DNA of 32,000 bases from Candidatus Saccharimonadota bacterium (GCA_963718585.1 OY970357.1:930001-962000); one strand, 5' to 3'. Shown: positions 1 through 8,787, counted from the stretch's first letter. Made by a program: numbers and translations. Notes: generated by a model from the letters alone, not told the origin.

Positions 1-2181
1 CAGGTGAAGGGTCGTGTGCTCCATCCCTCCGTTGTACAGGTCGACAGGCATCCAATACGAAAGCTTTTCCTGGTCCGCGAATGAATCATCATTGTGCGGA
101 TCGCAGTAGCGGAGGAAGTACCACGAAGACCCCGCCCAGTTGGGCATGGTGTCTGTCTCGCGCTCAGCCGGCTTCCCGCAATGCGGACAGGTCGTTTCGA
201 CCCAATCACGGATAGCGGCCAATGGCGACTCGCCCGAATCCGTCGGTTCGTAGTTCTCGACCTCCGGAAGCATGATGGGCAGCTGCGCATCCGGAACGGG
301 CACATAACCGCACACGTTGCAGATCACGATCGGGATGGGTTCCCCCCAATACCGCTGACGCGAAAAGACCCAATCACGCAGACGATACGTCGTTTTTCGC
401 TCACCGACACCATTTTCCGACAACCATTCGATCATCTTTTCCTTCGCCTCAGCGGTCGAAAGACCATCAAGAAAACCCGAGCTCGTCACAACACCTGCAT
501 CCGTATAACAGGTACCATGAAGAAGTTTTCGAAGCAGATAGGCATGCGCCGGATCCTTGATCTCCTCTTCGGCGCGCGTGATATCGACCCATTCGACCTG
601 GAACGCTTCGTGCGGCTCACGCACCGCGTCCTCGCGCACATCATCGACCAGGTCAAAGAGATACCCGGTGACATCGATGTTCCGCGCGACCCCTTTGGCA
701 TACGCGAAATAATGATGATGCACGACCTCGGAACGTGACACGAGCCGGACGTGCGTATATCCGGTCTCTTCCCGGATCTCCCGCTCCGCACAGGCGACCG
801 GATCCTCCCCGTTCTCGATCCCCCCACCGATGAGCAGGCGTCCGCCGTTCTTTTTCCAATCCAGGGTCAACACCTTCCCACTCTTCGGATCGCGAACGAT
901 CGCAATGATACTGGTACGCGATTCCTCATTCGACTGGGGCGTGCCCGTGACCGGTTCGACAACGACCTTCACCGGCAATCCAAAGGTCTGCGCAAACGCA
1001 TGGTCGCGCTCATCATGCGCCGGTACGGCCATGATCGCGCCCGTGCCATATCCGCCGAGGACGTAGTCCGCGATCCAGACCGGCACCATCTCGCCGTTCG
1101 CCGGATTCTTGGCCATGACACCTTGCAACGCGACGCCCGTCTTCTCCTTGTTCTCCTGCCGCTGCAATTCGCTCTTCAACGTTGTCCCTGCCTGATACGC
1201 GCGGACCTCGTCCGCATTCGTCACATCTCCTTCCGCGATCCAGGTCTCGATGAGCGGATGCTCCGGAGCCAACACCAGGTAGGTCGCACCAAAAAGCGTA
1301 TCCGGCCGGGTCGTGAACACGGTCACCTTGTCGGGCAGCAATCCGTTCGGTCCGGTGATCGTGAAATCCACATACGCTCCCTTGCTCCGGCCGATCCAAT
1401 TGATCTGTTGCGCCTTGATCTTCTCGAGGTAATCGACGGTCTCCAGATCATCGATGAGCCGATCCGCATAAGAGGTGATCCGGATCATCCACTGCGCCTT
1501 GATCCGCTGCTCCACATCTGCCCCGCAACGCTCGCACACGCCGCCCTGCGCCTCTTCGTTCGCCAGACCGATCTTGCATCGCGGACACCAGTTGATCGTG
1601 GATTCGGCCTTGTACGCCATGCGCTTCCCATCGACATAGGTTCGGACCGCGGCATCGCCCTGTTCGCGCACCGCGTCCGGGATCGCCAACTCCCCGATCG
1701 GGCGCGCGCGACCCTCGACCGGATCGAAATAGCTGTTGAAGAACCGCAGGAACATCCATTGCGTCCACTTATAGTACGCGGGATCCGTGGTGTTGATCTC
1801 GCGCGACCAGTCGAATCCGAACCCGAGCGACTTCAGCTGACGCGTGAAATTCGCGACGTTCTTTTTCGTCGCATCCTGCGGCTTGACCTTGTGTTTGATC
1901 GCGAAATTCTCGGTCGGGAGACCGAAGGCATCCCATCCGATCGGATAGAGGACGTTCTTCCCCTCCATCCGCTGCTTGCGGGTCATGATGTCGAGCGCCG
2001 TGTACGACCGCGGATGCCCGACGTGCAACCCCTCGCCGGACGGATACGGAAACTCGATCAAGCCGTAGAATTTGTCCGCCTTGTCCTCAGGGCGTCCGTC
2101 ATGCGCGTGATAGATCCCGTCACGCTCCCATGCGACCTGCCACTTCTTCTCGATGTCCTGAAACGGGTATCCGGATGCCAT
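1..2181 (-). CDS. leuS: Leucyl-tRNA synthetase, N-terminal 727 codons (C-terminus lies beyond the window start); contains an inserted Nudix domain
   Basis: Absent from the ORF track because it runs off the edge. Manual minus-strand translation from ATG 2181..2179 is open to base 1. It reads [15 protein letters not shown]...[18 protein letters not shown] (HIGH-type motif), [21 protein letters not shown] and [15 protein letters not shown] (CP1/editing hallmarks), and [27 protein letters not shown]. Two CxxC...CxxC zinc knuckles are present. Confidence 0.93.
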   Translation of the reverse strand, partial: MASGYPFQDIEKKWQVAWERDGIYHAHDGRPEDKADKFYGLIEFPYPSGEGLHVGHPRSYTALDIMTRKQRMEGKNVLYPIGWDAFGLPTENFAIKHKVKPQDATKKNVANFTRQLKSLGFGFDWSREINTTDPAYYKWTQWMFLRFFNSYFDPVEGRARPIGELAIPDAVREQGDAAVRTYVDGKRMAYKAESTINWCPRCKIGLANEEAQGGVCERCGADVEQRIKAQWMIRITSYADRLIDDLETVDYLEKIKAQQINWIGRSKGAYVDFTITGPNGLLPDKVTVFTTRPDTLFGATYLVLAPEHPLIETWIAEGDVTNADEVRAYQAGTTLKSELQRQENKEKTGVALQGVMAKNPANGEMVPVWIADYVLGGYGTGAIMAVPAHDERDHAFAQTFGLPVKVVVEPVTGTPQSNEESRTSIIAIVRDPKSGKVLTLDWKKNGGRLLIGGGIENGEDPVACAEREIREETGYTHVRLVSRSEVVHHHYFAYAKGVARNIDVTGYLFDLVDDVREDAVREPHEAFQVEWVDITRAEEEIKDPAHAYLLRKLLHGTCYTDAGVVTSSGFLDGLSTAEAKEKMIEWLSENGVGERKTTYRLRDWVFSRQRYWGEPIPIVICNVCGYVPVPDAQLPIMLPEVENYEPTDSGESPLAAIRDWVETTCPHCGKPAERETDTMPNWAGSSWYFLRYCDPHNDDSFADQEKLSYWMPVDLYNGGMEHTTLHL
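517..939 (-). other. Nudix hydrolase domain inserted within the LeuRS CP1 region (about residues 415-555)
   Basis: The full Nudix box [23 protein letters not shown] (GX5EX7REUXEEXGU) is encoded at 760..828. It lies between [20 protein letters not shown] and [14 protein letters not shown], a stretch of about 60 aa in E. coli LeuRS as I recall it and about 190 aa here. Confidence 0.8.
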
Positions 2182-2236
2182 ATGTGTGCGGTAACGCTAC
2201 CAAGTCGCACCCCTTCTGGCAACGGATTCAGACGGT

Positions 2237-3556
2237 TCACGCGTGATCCCACCCGACCCCCTGGACCTTCCGGAACCCGATCCGATCCGGCGCCTCATCG
2301 CCAAGCTTCACCATGGGACCGAAGCGCAATGCCTCATCGCCATACCGGTCACGGACGAGGTCCACGGCATCGGACACGCGGCGATGGCGATCATCCCTCC
2401 ACTCCCCGCGCAGATGCGCGGTCCGGAACGGCATCACGATCTGCGATGACGGAGGCGCGAGATCAGAGAGCGTGACCGCGAGGAAATTCACGTCCTCCCC
2501 TTCCCACATCCCATGCAGCAGCCCCATCGCTGCGCCCACGAGCGTGAACGAGTCCGCCCCCGGTTCATCGAGATGGACGAAGTCATACCCGCTCTCCTCG
2601 ACCGGGGAGGAGAACCCGATCGGGACATGCGGGTCCGAGACACGGCGCGCGCCGCGGAATCCGACCGCGACGGATACCGTTCCCGCGACCAACCCCAATG
2701 CACGGAGTCGTCGTCCGGCACGTTCCGTCAGCTTCATGAGGACGCCCGGGATCTTCTTTTCCCTGTTCACGCGATGAGGGACGCAATAGGAATGACCGAC
2801 GGTCTTCGGCGTCGCGTCTTCCGGCAGCGTCAGTCGTTCGACCTCCATCCCATGGACCTTGCACCACAGACCGAACCCGTATTTCCCGAACTGGCGGATG
2901 AGATTCTCGACCGGGTAGCGTTTGAGCTCGATGAGCGAGCGGATCCCCAACCGTTCAAGACGCCGCCGGATCCGGGGACCGATGCCGCAGACATCCTCCA
3001 GGTCGAGCGATGCGAGCATGACATCAAGATTGTCCTGATCGATCACGGTCAGTCCGTTGGGTTTTTCCATGTCCGACGCGGTCTTGGCGAGAAAGCGTGA
3101 CGGCCCGATGCCGATCGAGCACCGGAGCCACTCGCCGACTTCGGTCGTGATGCGCTGACGCACGCGCGTCAGGGCCCACGCCGCCTCTGCCGCATCGCGA
3201 TACCACCCCGTCAGATCAAGGAAACATTCGTCAATGGAATAATGCTCGACCCGATCCGTGAGCTCGTGGAAGAACGGGAAGATCCGCGAGGTCACCGCGC
3301 GATACTTTGCCGGATCGTTCTGCACGAACACCGCCCCCGGGACCTTGAGCTTCGCTTCCTCGACCGTCATCCCGACCTTCATGCCCATGCGCTTCGCCTC
3401 GATCGACGCCGCGATCACGCACCCGCTCCGATGGAGATAGGCGCAGACGCCAAGCGGCCGGCCGCGGAGGGTCGGATTCGCCTGCTGCTCCACGGACGCG
3501 AAGTAGGAGTTCATGTCCACGTGCGCGATGAGCTTGTTGGACGGCGGGAGGAGCAT
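2237..3556 (-). CDS. dinB: Y-family DNA polymerase IV (DinB)
   Basis: Motifs AHVDMNSYFASVEQ, YSIDECFLDLTG and GIGPSRFLAKTASD, with the little-finger region and a C-terminal extension. I chose the ATG at 3556; the track's start at 3589 is a TTG. Confidence 0.9.
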   Translation of the reverse strand: MLLPPSNKLIAHVDMNSYFASVEQQANPTLRGRPLGVCAYLHRSGCVIAASIEAKRMGMKVGMTVEEAKLKVPGAVFVQNDPAKYRAVTSRIFPFFHELTDRVEHYSIDECFLDLTGWYRDAAEAAWALTRVRQRITTEVGEWLRCSIGIGPSRFLAKTASDMEKPNGLTVIDQDNLDVMLASLDLEDVCGIGPRIRRRLERLGIRSLIELKRYPVENLIRQFGKYGFGLWCKVHGMEVERLTLPEDATPKTVGHSYCVPHRVNREKKIPGVLMKLTERAGRRLRALGLVAGTVSVAVGFRGARRVSDPHVPIGFSSPVEESGYDFVHLDEPGADSFTLVGAAMGLLHGMWEGEDVNFLAVTLSDLAPPSSQIVMPFRTAHLRGEWRDDRHRRVSDAVDLVRDRYGDEALRFGPMVKLGDEAPDRIGFRKVQGVGWDHA

Positions 3557-3611
3557 AGAGAGATCAAAAAGACGCTCGACGCGCCTCAAACGTCGGAGAT
3601 GGTGAATGGTC

Positions 3612-3914
3612 TTACAACGTCGCCATCTCTTCGAGGTGCCACTTCATGCTTTCTGAGGAAAAGGACAGCCGATACGCGTTCGCTTCGTCGGAGACGGAAA
3701 AGAAGAGGACCTTCTCACGCCCGCGCCGCTCCGAATGCACGAGGTTCACCTTTTTGACCTGGTAATACCGATTCCCCCACTTGAAGGTCATGGGTTCCAT
3801 CCGCTCCTTGCGGAACGCGACGAGGACGTCGATGGGTTGAGAGACTTTTTCGTACATAGGCGTGAAGTGTGTTCGGCCGACATGGAGGATCTTCGCATCG
3901 AATGCGCAATTCAA
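3612..3914 (-). CDS. Small hypothetical protein between lexA and dinB (about 81-100 aa)
   Basis: Open frame in the same orientation, 48 nt after the lexA stop and 55 nt before the dinB ATG. It has a conserved-looking core, FKWGNRYYQVKKV...VLFFSVSD...YRLSF...WHLEEM. The start is uncertain: TTG at 3914 preceded by GAGGGG, or ATG at 3857. Confidence 0.6.
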   Translation of the reverse strand: MNCAFDAKILHVGRTHFTPMYEKVSQPIDVLVAFRKERMEPMTFKWGNRYYQVKKVNLVHSERRGREKVLFFSVSDEANAYRLSFSSESMKWHLEEMATL

Positions 3915-3962
3915 AGACCCCTCGATCCAGCTCGAGATGACCCCCTGGATAAGATGGATGGA

Positions 3963-4586
3963 TTAGAACGTCTGGTATTTCCGGATGACGGCGCGGACGA
4001 CTCCCTGGATCAACGGATCATGACAGTAGATCGGCTTCATCGTGGCGTTCGCAGGCTGGAGTCGGATCCGATCGCGTTCGCGATAGAACCGCTTGAGCGT
4101 CGCGTATTCGTTATCGAGGAGTGCAACGACCACATCACCGTTCTTCGGAGACGGATTGTGTTCCACGATCACATAATCTCCGTCAAAGATCCCATCGTCG
4201 ATCATGGAATCGCCCCGGACGCGTAGGACGTATGAATTCGCCGAGTCGCGAACGAGATCCACGGGGACGGCGAACGTCTCGCGCTCCTCGACGGCTTCGA
4301 TCGGAAGCCCGGCCGTGATCAGCCCCTTGAGCGGCAGGACGATGCTCTTTCCCCAGTGCACCGCTCGATCGGTCGGTTCGAGATTGCGTGCACCCGCGGC
4401 ATTCCCATTTCCCTTCAGATAGCCGCGCTCGCGCAACGCTTGGATGTGTACATGCACAGTCGATGGTGATGCCAGATCCAGACCTGAGGCGATCTCACGA
4501 AAGGATGGCGGATATCCACGGTCGTGAATGAATGAGACGATGAAGTCGAGGACTTCTTTTTGTTTGGGAGTAAGCGGCAACGGCAT
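3963..4586 (-). CDS. lexA: LexA repressor (S24 autopeptidase)
   Basis: N-terminal winged HTH (LTPKQKEVLDFI...GYPPSFREIA...STVHVHIQALRERGYL), an Ala-Gly cleavage site (ITAGLP), the catalytic Ser in VRGDSM and the Lys in ATLKRF. Confidence 0.94.
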   Translation of the reverse strand: MPLPLTPKQKEVLDFIVSFIHDRGYPPSFREIASGLDLASPSTVHVHIQALRERGYLKGNGNAAGARNLEPTDRAVHWGKSIVLPLKGLITAGLPIEAVEERETFAVPVDLVRDSANSYVLRVRGDSMIDDGIFDGDYVIVEHNPSPKNGDVVVALLDNEYATLKRFYRERDRIRLQPANATMKPIYCHDPLIQGVVRAVIRKYQTF

Positions 4587-4609
4587 AGCGTTGAGTGTTT
4601 AATAGATCC

Positions 4610-4638
4610 AGTATCGAACAAAAATAGAACACTGTCAA
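4610..4638 (-). promoter_or_regulatory. lexA promoter with an embedded direct-repeat operator candidate
   Basis: The minus strand reads TTGACA(4638..4633)-gtGTTCtatttttGTTC-GATACT(4615..4610), a 17-nt spacer. The spacer contains GTTC-N7-GTTC, which is GAAC-N7-GAAC at 4616..4630 on the plus strand. The -10 element ends 23 nt upstream of the lexA ATG. Confidence 0.6.
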
Positions 4639-4764
4639 CAGCCTGATTTTGCAGGATATTTTCTCTTTTATCCACAACATTTCTCAAAAAAGAATGAGAC
4701 AGGACTCTTGACATGATGAACCAGGTCATGGCAGCGGTGAATTAAGAGTCACGAACAATCTCAT

Positions 4765-7218
4765 ATGCCCAAAAGCACCTCTTTCATGCGGCTGGTTTCG
4801 TGCGCGCTCATCGCCGCGACCGCCATCCTCGACCCTCTTTCCGCCGGTATCGCCCATGCCGCCGGATCACCATCCGTCGTCATCGGCGAAGTCGCCTGGG
4901 CCGGATCGTCCCTTTCGACTGCGGATGAATGGATCGAGCTTTGGAACACGGGTGATACGACGGCGACCATCGGGGGATGGTCGCTCACGGGCGCCGGATC
5001 AAGCGGTGCCATCATTCCCTTCCCTGCCAACGCGGTCATCCCGCCTTTCGGCACCTACCTCATCTCCAACTACGAAGCATCGGATACCAAAAGCGCCCTC
5101 GACATCGCTCCGAACGTCGTGACCACGACCATCTCCCTCTCCAACAGCGCACTTCGGATCGACCTCGTCGACGATACCGGTGCGATCACGGACACGGCGG
5201 GTGACGGTGGACCGCCACCCGCAGGAACGAGCCTTCCAGACAAAGCTTCGATGGTCCGCCAAGAGGTCGGATGGATGACTGCGACATCATCACAAGACCT
5301 CGACCTCAATGTAGCGGACTTCGGGACACCGGGCGTGTGCGATGGCTGCGCATCACCGACCGTAACGGGGTCCGCATCTGACGTCACGACCAGCACCGGA
5401 TCACTATCCGCTCCATCGACAGCAACATCCACCTCAATGACAGATCCTCCCTTTTCTACGACCACATCGACCCCCCATGACGCAGGAACCACTTCGACAT
5501 CCTCCGATGTCCTGACCGATACGACATCAACAGAGATCGACACGACGACGATAGACGTTCTCATCGATGCCACATCGACGACGGACACAGACGCGACGAC
5601 GACCGTCACAGAAGCAGGGACGATCGATCAAACGAACACCACGACGGACGACGCGACCGCCTCGACATCCACAAACACAGAAACCGTGAGCATCGCGTCG
5701 ACGACCGCGTCATCTGGATCGACGGAGACGAATGACCAAACGACGGACAGCGCTCAAGACGCTCCGCCGCCGGCCTATCAGCTCCTGCGTCTGAATGAGT
5801 TCATGCCCGCACCGCCGACCGGAGAAAAAGAGTGGATCGAGATCGTGTCGCTCGATACGGCAACGCCGATCGACCTCACAGGCGTCGAGATCCACGATGC
5901 GACCGGTCGGATCCATACGATCTCGAATATCACGATCGACCCGACAGAATCTCGTTACGCGGTCATCCAGCTCCCGTCCGCAAAGCTCAATAACGGCGGG
6001 GATACGGTCGCGCTCTATGCGCCTGATGGCCGCCTGCTCGACGCGATCTCCTATACGAGCTCAAAAAAGGAACAAAGCTACGTCCGCTATCCGGACACGA
6101 ATGGCGATTGGGTCGATACGGACCGGCCGACCCCGGGCAATGCGAACCTTCCGTTCTCACCTCCAGCTCCAGATCCGACGCCGCAACCCGATCAAACTAC
6201 AGCGCCGGATCAGACCGCGCCGCAACCGATAGGACCCGAGGCGGTGCCTACAACGATCCAGACCATCACAAAAGCTCCTCCGAATGCTTCACCAACGCCG
6301 ACGCCGGTGACGAAAAAGAAAACGACTCCACCATCACCCGGACCTTTGGACCTGACGTCGATCCCGGTCGCACAGACCACGCCCAAAACGTCTGCAACGA
6401 AAACAAGGTCCGCAACGAAGACAAAGACATCGACTGAACCTGTCCCTCTCACCTTTGATATGACCACATCTGATGAATATGGCGGACTGCGTGTCCGCCT
6501 CACCGGCCGCGTTGGAACCCCGCCCGGCCTCCTCACGAACCACGGCTTCGTCCTCCAGGCGCCGGATGGGCGCGGGCTCAATGTCTCGCTCACGACAGCG
6601 CGGAAACTCCCACCGACCGGTGCGGATATCACCGTCATTGGTACGCTCCTGTTCGATAAAAACAACATCCCACACCTCTCCGTCCACACGACGGACGGAT
6701 GGATCCAGCTCCCGACCTCGACCGATCCCGTCCCACCACGGATCGTGGATCTGACCGCTCCTTCCACGGAAGATGCATGGAGCCTCATGAGCGTCACAGG
6801 TACGGTCACGAACGTGAAAAGTTCGAGCTTTGACCTCGATCTCGGCGACGCGGGTCTCACCGTCCTCGTCCGTTCGGTCGTGAAATATCGCGTCGCCCGG
6901 CTCACGAAAGGAGACCAGATCGTCGTGACCGGCGTCCTTGATACGACGGTGGATCCTCCGCGCCTCCTGCCACGGACCGCGGATGACATCCGTCTGATGG
7001 ACCACGCCGTCTCTCCGCTACCGACCACCTCTGGAAACACGGCATCGAATACACCCATGTCACTTCCGCCATGGACACCGCTCGGCGCGGCTGGAAGTGC
7101 GATCGCGGTGACCGAAGGCGCAAAGCAGTTCACGCGTCGGCGAAGGAAGAAGAAACTTGAACGGACACTCGCCACCATGACCGACGGAGATCAAAAAGAG
7201 CCCCCGGGGAGGCTCTAA
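4765..7218 (+). CDS. Secreted, C-terminally anchored protein with two lamin-tail domains (LTD), long Thr/Ser/Pro-rich linkers and two OB-like modules
   Basis: Signal peptide MPKSTSFMRLVSCALIAATAILDPLSAGIAHA. LTD signatures VVIGEVAWAGS...DEWIELWNTGD...GGWSL and LRLNEFMPAP...EWIEIVS...GVEIHD. C-terminal hydrophobic segment followed by RRRRKKK. Confidence 0.85.
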   Translation: MPKSTSFMRLVSCALIAATAILDPLSAGIAHAAGSPSVVIGEVAWAGSSLSTADEWIELWNTGDTTATIGGWSLTGAGSSGAIIPFPANAVIPPFGTYLISNYEASDTKSALDIAPNVVTTTISLSNSALRIDLVDDTGAITDTAGDGGPPPAGTSLPDKASMVRQEVGWMTATSSQDLDLNVADFGTPGVCDGCASPTVTGSASDVTTSTGSLSAPSTATSTSMTDPPFSTTTSTPHDAGTTSTSSDVLTDTTSTEIDTTTIDVLIDATSTTDTDATTTVTEAGTIDQTNTTTDDATASTSTNTETVSIASTTASSGSTETNDQTTDSAQDAPPPAYQLLRLNEFMPAPPTGEKEWIEIVSLDTATPIDLTGVEIHDATGRIHTISNITIDPTESRYAVIQLPSAKLNNGGDTVALYAPDGRLLDAISYTSSKKEQSYVRYPDTNGDWVDTDRPTPGNANLPFSPPAPDPTPQPDQTTAPDQTAPQPIGPEAVPTTIQTITKAPPNASPTPTPVTKKKTTPPSPGPLDLTSIPVAQTTPKTSATKTRSATKTKTSTEPVPLTFDMTTSDEYGGLRVRLTGRVGTPPGLLTNHGFVLQAPDGRGLNVSLTTARKLPPTGADITVIGTLLFDKNNIPHLSVHTTDGWIQLPTSTDPVPPRIVDLTAPSTEDAWSLMSVTGTVTNVKSSSFDLDLGDAGLTVLVRSVVKYRVARLTKGDQIVVTGVLDTTVDPPRLLPRTADDIRLMDHAVSPLPTTSGNTASNTPMSLPPWTPLGAAGSAIAVTEGAKQFTRRRRKKKLERTLATMTDGDQKEPPGRL

Positions 7219-7925
7219 GGCAGTGCCAGGAAGTTGAATGCTTCCTGGAACGGAGCTTTCTTAAGGATCAATCCTGCATGATCGAACGGCAACGAGCTGA
7301 ACGATGCAAGCGGATGTCGACAGCGCTCCGGCGGAGCGAGGATGTCCATTTCCCCAGCGATGGAAAGGAACGGGATATTCCGAACGCGCGGCCATTCACG
7401 CCACAGCCAGTACCGCGGATGGATCGGCAGGAGCTCTGCTGCGCCTGGGATGAACCACCCCGCATACGCGACCGGCGTCCCACGGAACGGTGCGCCGAGG
7501 CCGACAAGCCGAACCTCAAAGCCGTCGAATATTCCCTTTTCGATCGCTTCGAGCCCGATGATCCCGCCCATGCTGTGACCCACGACGTCGATCCGTTCCA
7601 GATATGGGTAGAGACCACGGACCCGCTGGATCCGTTGTTCTAGAAGCTTCAAGATCAGAGACATCGGAAGGGTCGAAACCAATCCGAGGTTGAAGCTGAA
7701 CGCGGGCACATGGGCTCGATCGAACCAGACCTCGAACGGATGCACAACGGCTCGGGGACCGAGGAAACCGGGGATGATCAAGACCGCCCGGCGAATATGT
7801 ATCGGCAGGATGCCAGAGTCTTTCCGTGCACGCGGGAGCTTTCGGCCCACGGCGTCGAATTGGTGCGAAAGGACGAGTTTGAAGTAACTCGCGCTGTTCA
7901 CCGCGGTCTCGACCAAAACATTCAT
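7215..7925 (-). CDS. Alpha/beta hydrolase (lipase/esterase-like)
   Basis: Nucleophile elbow VVGHSMGG. A perfect SD (AAGGAGG) lies 4 nt upstream of ATG 7925. The 3' end overlaps the convergent LTD gene by 4 nt. Confidence 0.8.
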   Translation of the reverse strand: MNVLVETAVNSASYFKLVLSHQFDAVGRKLPRARKDSGILPIHIRRAVLIIPGFLGPRAVVHPFEVWFDRAHVPAFSFNLGLVSTLPMSLILKLLEQRIQRVRGLYPYLERIDVVGHSMGGIIGLEAIEKGIFDGFEVRLVGLGAPFRGTPVAYAGWFIPGAAELLPIHPRYWLWREWPRVRNIPFLSIAGEMDILAPPERCRHPLASFSSLPFDHAGLILKKAPFQEAFNFLALP

Positions 7926-8005
7926 AGGACCTCCTTGTGGCCAGCGGCACCCACACGTTGCGGAACGTGGGAAAGTTTGTCAAAAAAGACATCCATAAAA
8001 CGGAT

Positions 8006-8043
8006 CAAAAAAAAGAAAGCACCCGCAAAGGGTGCTTTCTTTT
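8006..8043 (-). terminator. Intrinsic terminator following tRNA-Gly
   Basis: 10-bp stem GAAAGCACCC(8015-8024)/GGGTGCTTTC(8030-8039). An A-run at 8006-8014 gives the U-tract on the minus strand. Confidence 0.75.
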
Positions 8044-8118
8044 TGGAGCGGGTAAGGGGAGTCGAACCCCTATCTCCACCTTGGCAAGGTGGCATAATAG
8101 CCGCTATACGATACCCGC
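8044..8118 (-). tRNA. tRNA-Gly(GCC), CCA encoded
   Basis: Reverse complement reads GCGGGTA..CCACC-TTGCCAA-GGTGG..AGGGG-TTCGACT-CCCCT-TACCCGC-T-CCA. Acceptor, anticodon and T arms pair correctly; the D stem is weak. Confidence 0.87.
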
Positions 8119-8195
8119 TTGGTGACTAAAATTGTGACGAGAGACTATCAAACGGCGACCAAACGTGCAAGACCCGCAACTCCATTTTCAACGGG

Positions 8196-8654
8196 ATGAA
8201 CATTTCGAACATAGAAACCTTCGGGTATCCTGTCCTCATGCTTCCCCGACCATCCCCGCCATCCAAACGCGAGCCAAGCTTTGAGCAGTTCCACCGAAAA
8301 CAGGAATTGGAACGGCGAAAGTTCGAAATGGAAGCCGGCAAAAAAGCGCGCGCCCTGGAAGCACAACGAACGCGTCGACGGTTGGAGAATGAGGCTACGG
8401 CGCGCGCCGCCAAAGCAAAAAGGGAAGATGAGGCTCTCCAGGCGCGGATCAAGGCATCCATCACCTCAGGCGTCGCGTCTTCTGAAGAACCGGTACGTGG
8501 GGAAGAGACTGCCGCCGCGCCGTTCAAAGGCCGTTCGGCCCTTCCTTCTGAAACGACATTTCCCAAAGAGAAGCATCTGCCGAACAATCCCTTCGTGGAC
8601 GCACACGCGGACACGATCCTCGTCGAGCTTTCCGACGAAGACCGAGCCGCATGA
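8196..8654 (+). CDS. Hypothetical charged, coiled-coil-like protein
   Basis: 152-aa ORF with a Lys/Arg/Glu-rich helical middle. A plus-strand terminator lies downstream at 8759. There is no clear SD. The competing 197-aa antisense ORF looks like shadow sequence. Confidence 0.45.
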   Translation: MNISNIETFGYPVLMLPRPSPPSKREPSFEQFHRKQELERRKFEMEAGKKARALEAQRTRRRLENEATARAAKAKREDEALQARIKASITSGVASSEEPVRGEETAAAPFKGRSALPSETTFPKEKHLPNNPFVDAHADTILVELSDEDRAA

Positions 8655-8758
8655 CCCTCAAAACGTCGCGTGATTCCTTCCGACAAGCCGGACACCCGCC
8701 ATGTCGGAGGTGAGCGCACCCTTTCCCAATCCGAAGCGCGATAGGAGCTGACCGCTAT

Positions 8759-8787
8759 CCCCCACCCTGTTGGGGGCTTTTTCTTTT
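8759..8787 (+). terminator. Intrinsic terminator
   Basis: Stem CCCCCA(8759-8764)/TGGGGG(8771-8776), followed by CTTTTTCTTTT. Confidence 0.7.

Noticed and set aside
751-2475. 574-aa plus-strand ORF (with the 214-aa ORF at 94..738), the longest listed ORFs at the left end
   Set aside because: Both are antisense shadows of leuS in GC-rich DNA. Their sequences are Arg/Pro/Asp-rich and low in information, while the opposite strand translates into an unmistakable LeuRS with all hallmark motifs.
4611-4632. Reading the lexA operator as a Gram-positive Cheo box (CGAAC-N4-GTTCG)
   Set aside because: CGAAC is present, but the sequence 4 nt later is ATAGA, not GTTCG. The second half-site is a direct GAAC at N7 spacing.
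5380-6440. Highly repetitive ACG/ACC-rich DNA that could be mistaken for a repeat array
   Set aside because: It is in-frame low-complexity coding sequence (Thr/Ser/Asp and Pro/Thr linkers) of the LTD protein. It has no repeat-spacer periodicity, so it is not a CRISPR or satellite.
6210-7178. 322-aa and 223-aa minus-strand ORFs inside the LTD protein gene
   Set aside because: Antisense shadows of a gene with a clear signal peptide, LTD motifs and a membrane anchor.
7951-7983. TTGACA (7983..7978, minus strand) with the palindrome CACGTT-GCGG-AACGTG as promoter/operator of the hydrolase gene
   Set aside because: The hexamer at the 17-nt position is CAACGT, a poor -10 element. Without a credible -10, the promoter/operator call is unsupported.
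8126-8719. 197-aa minus-strand ORF opposite the 152-aa plus-strand ORF
   Set aside because: Ser/Arg-rich with no SD or terminator on its strand, whereas the plus strand has a downstream intrinsic terminator. Neither ORF is strongly supported, so the plus-strand ORF is given only 0.45.
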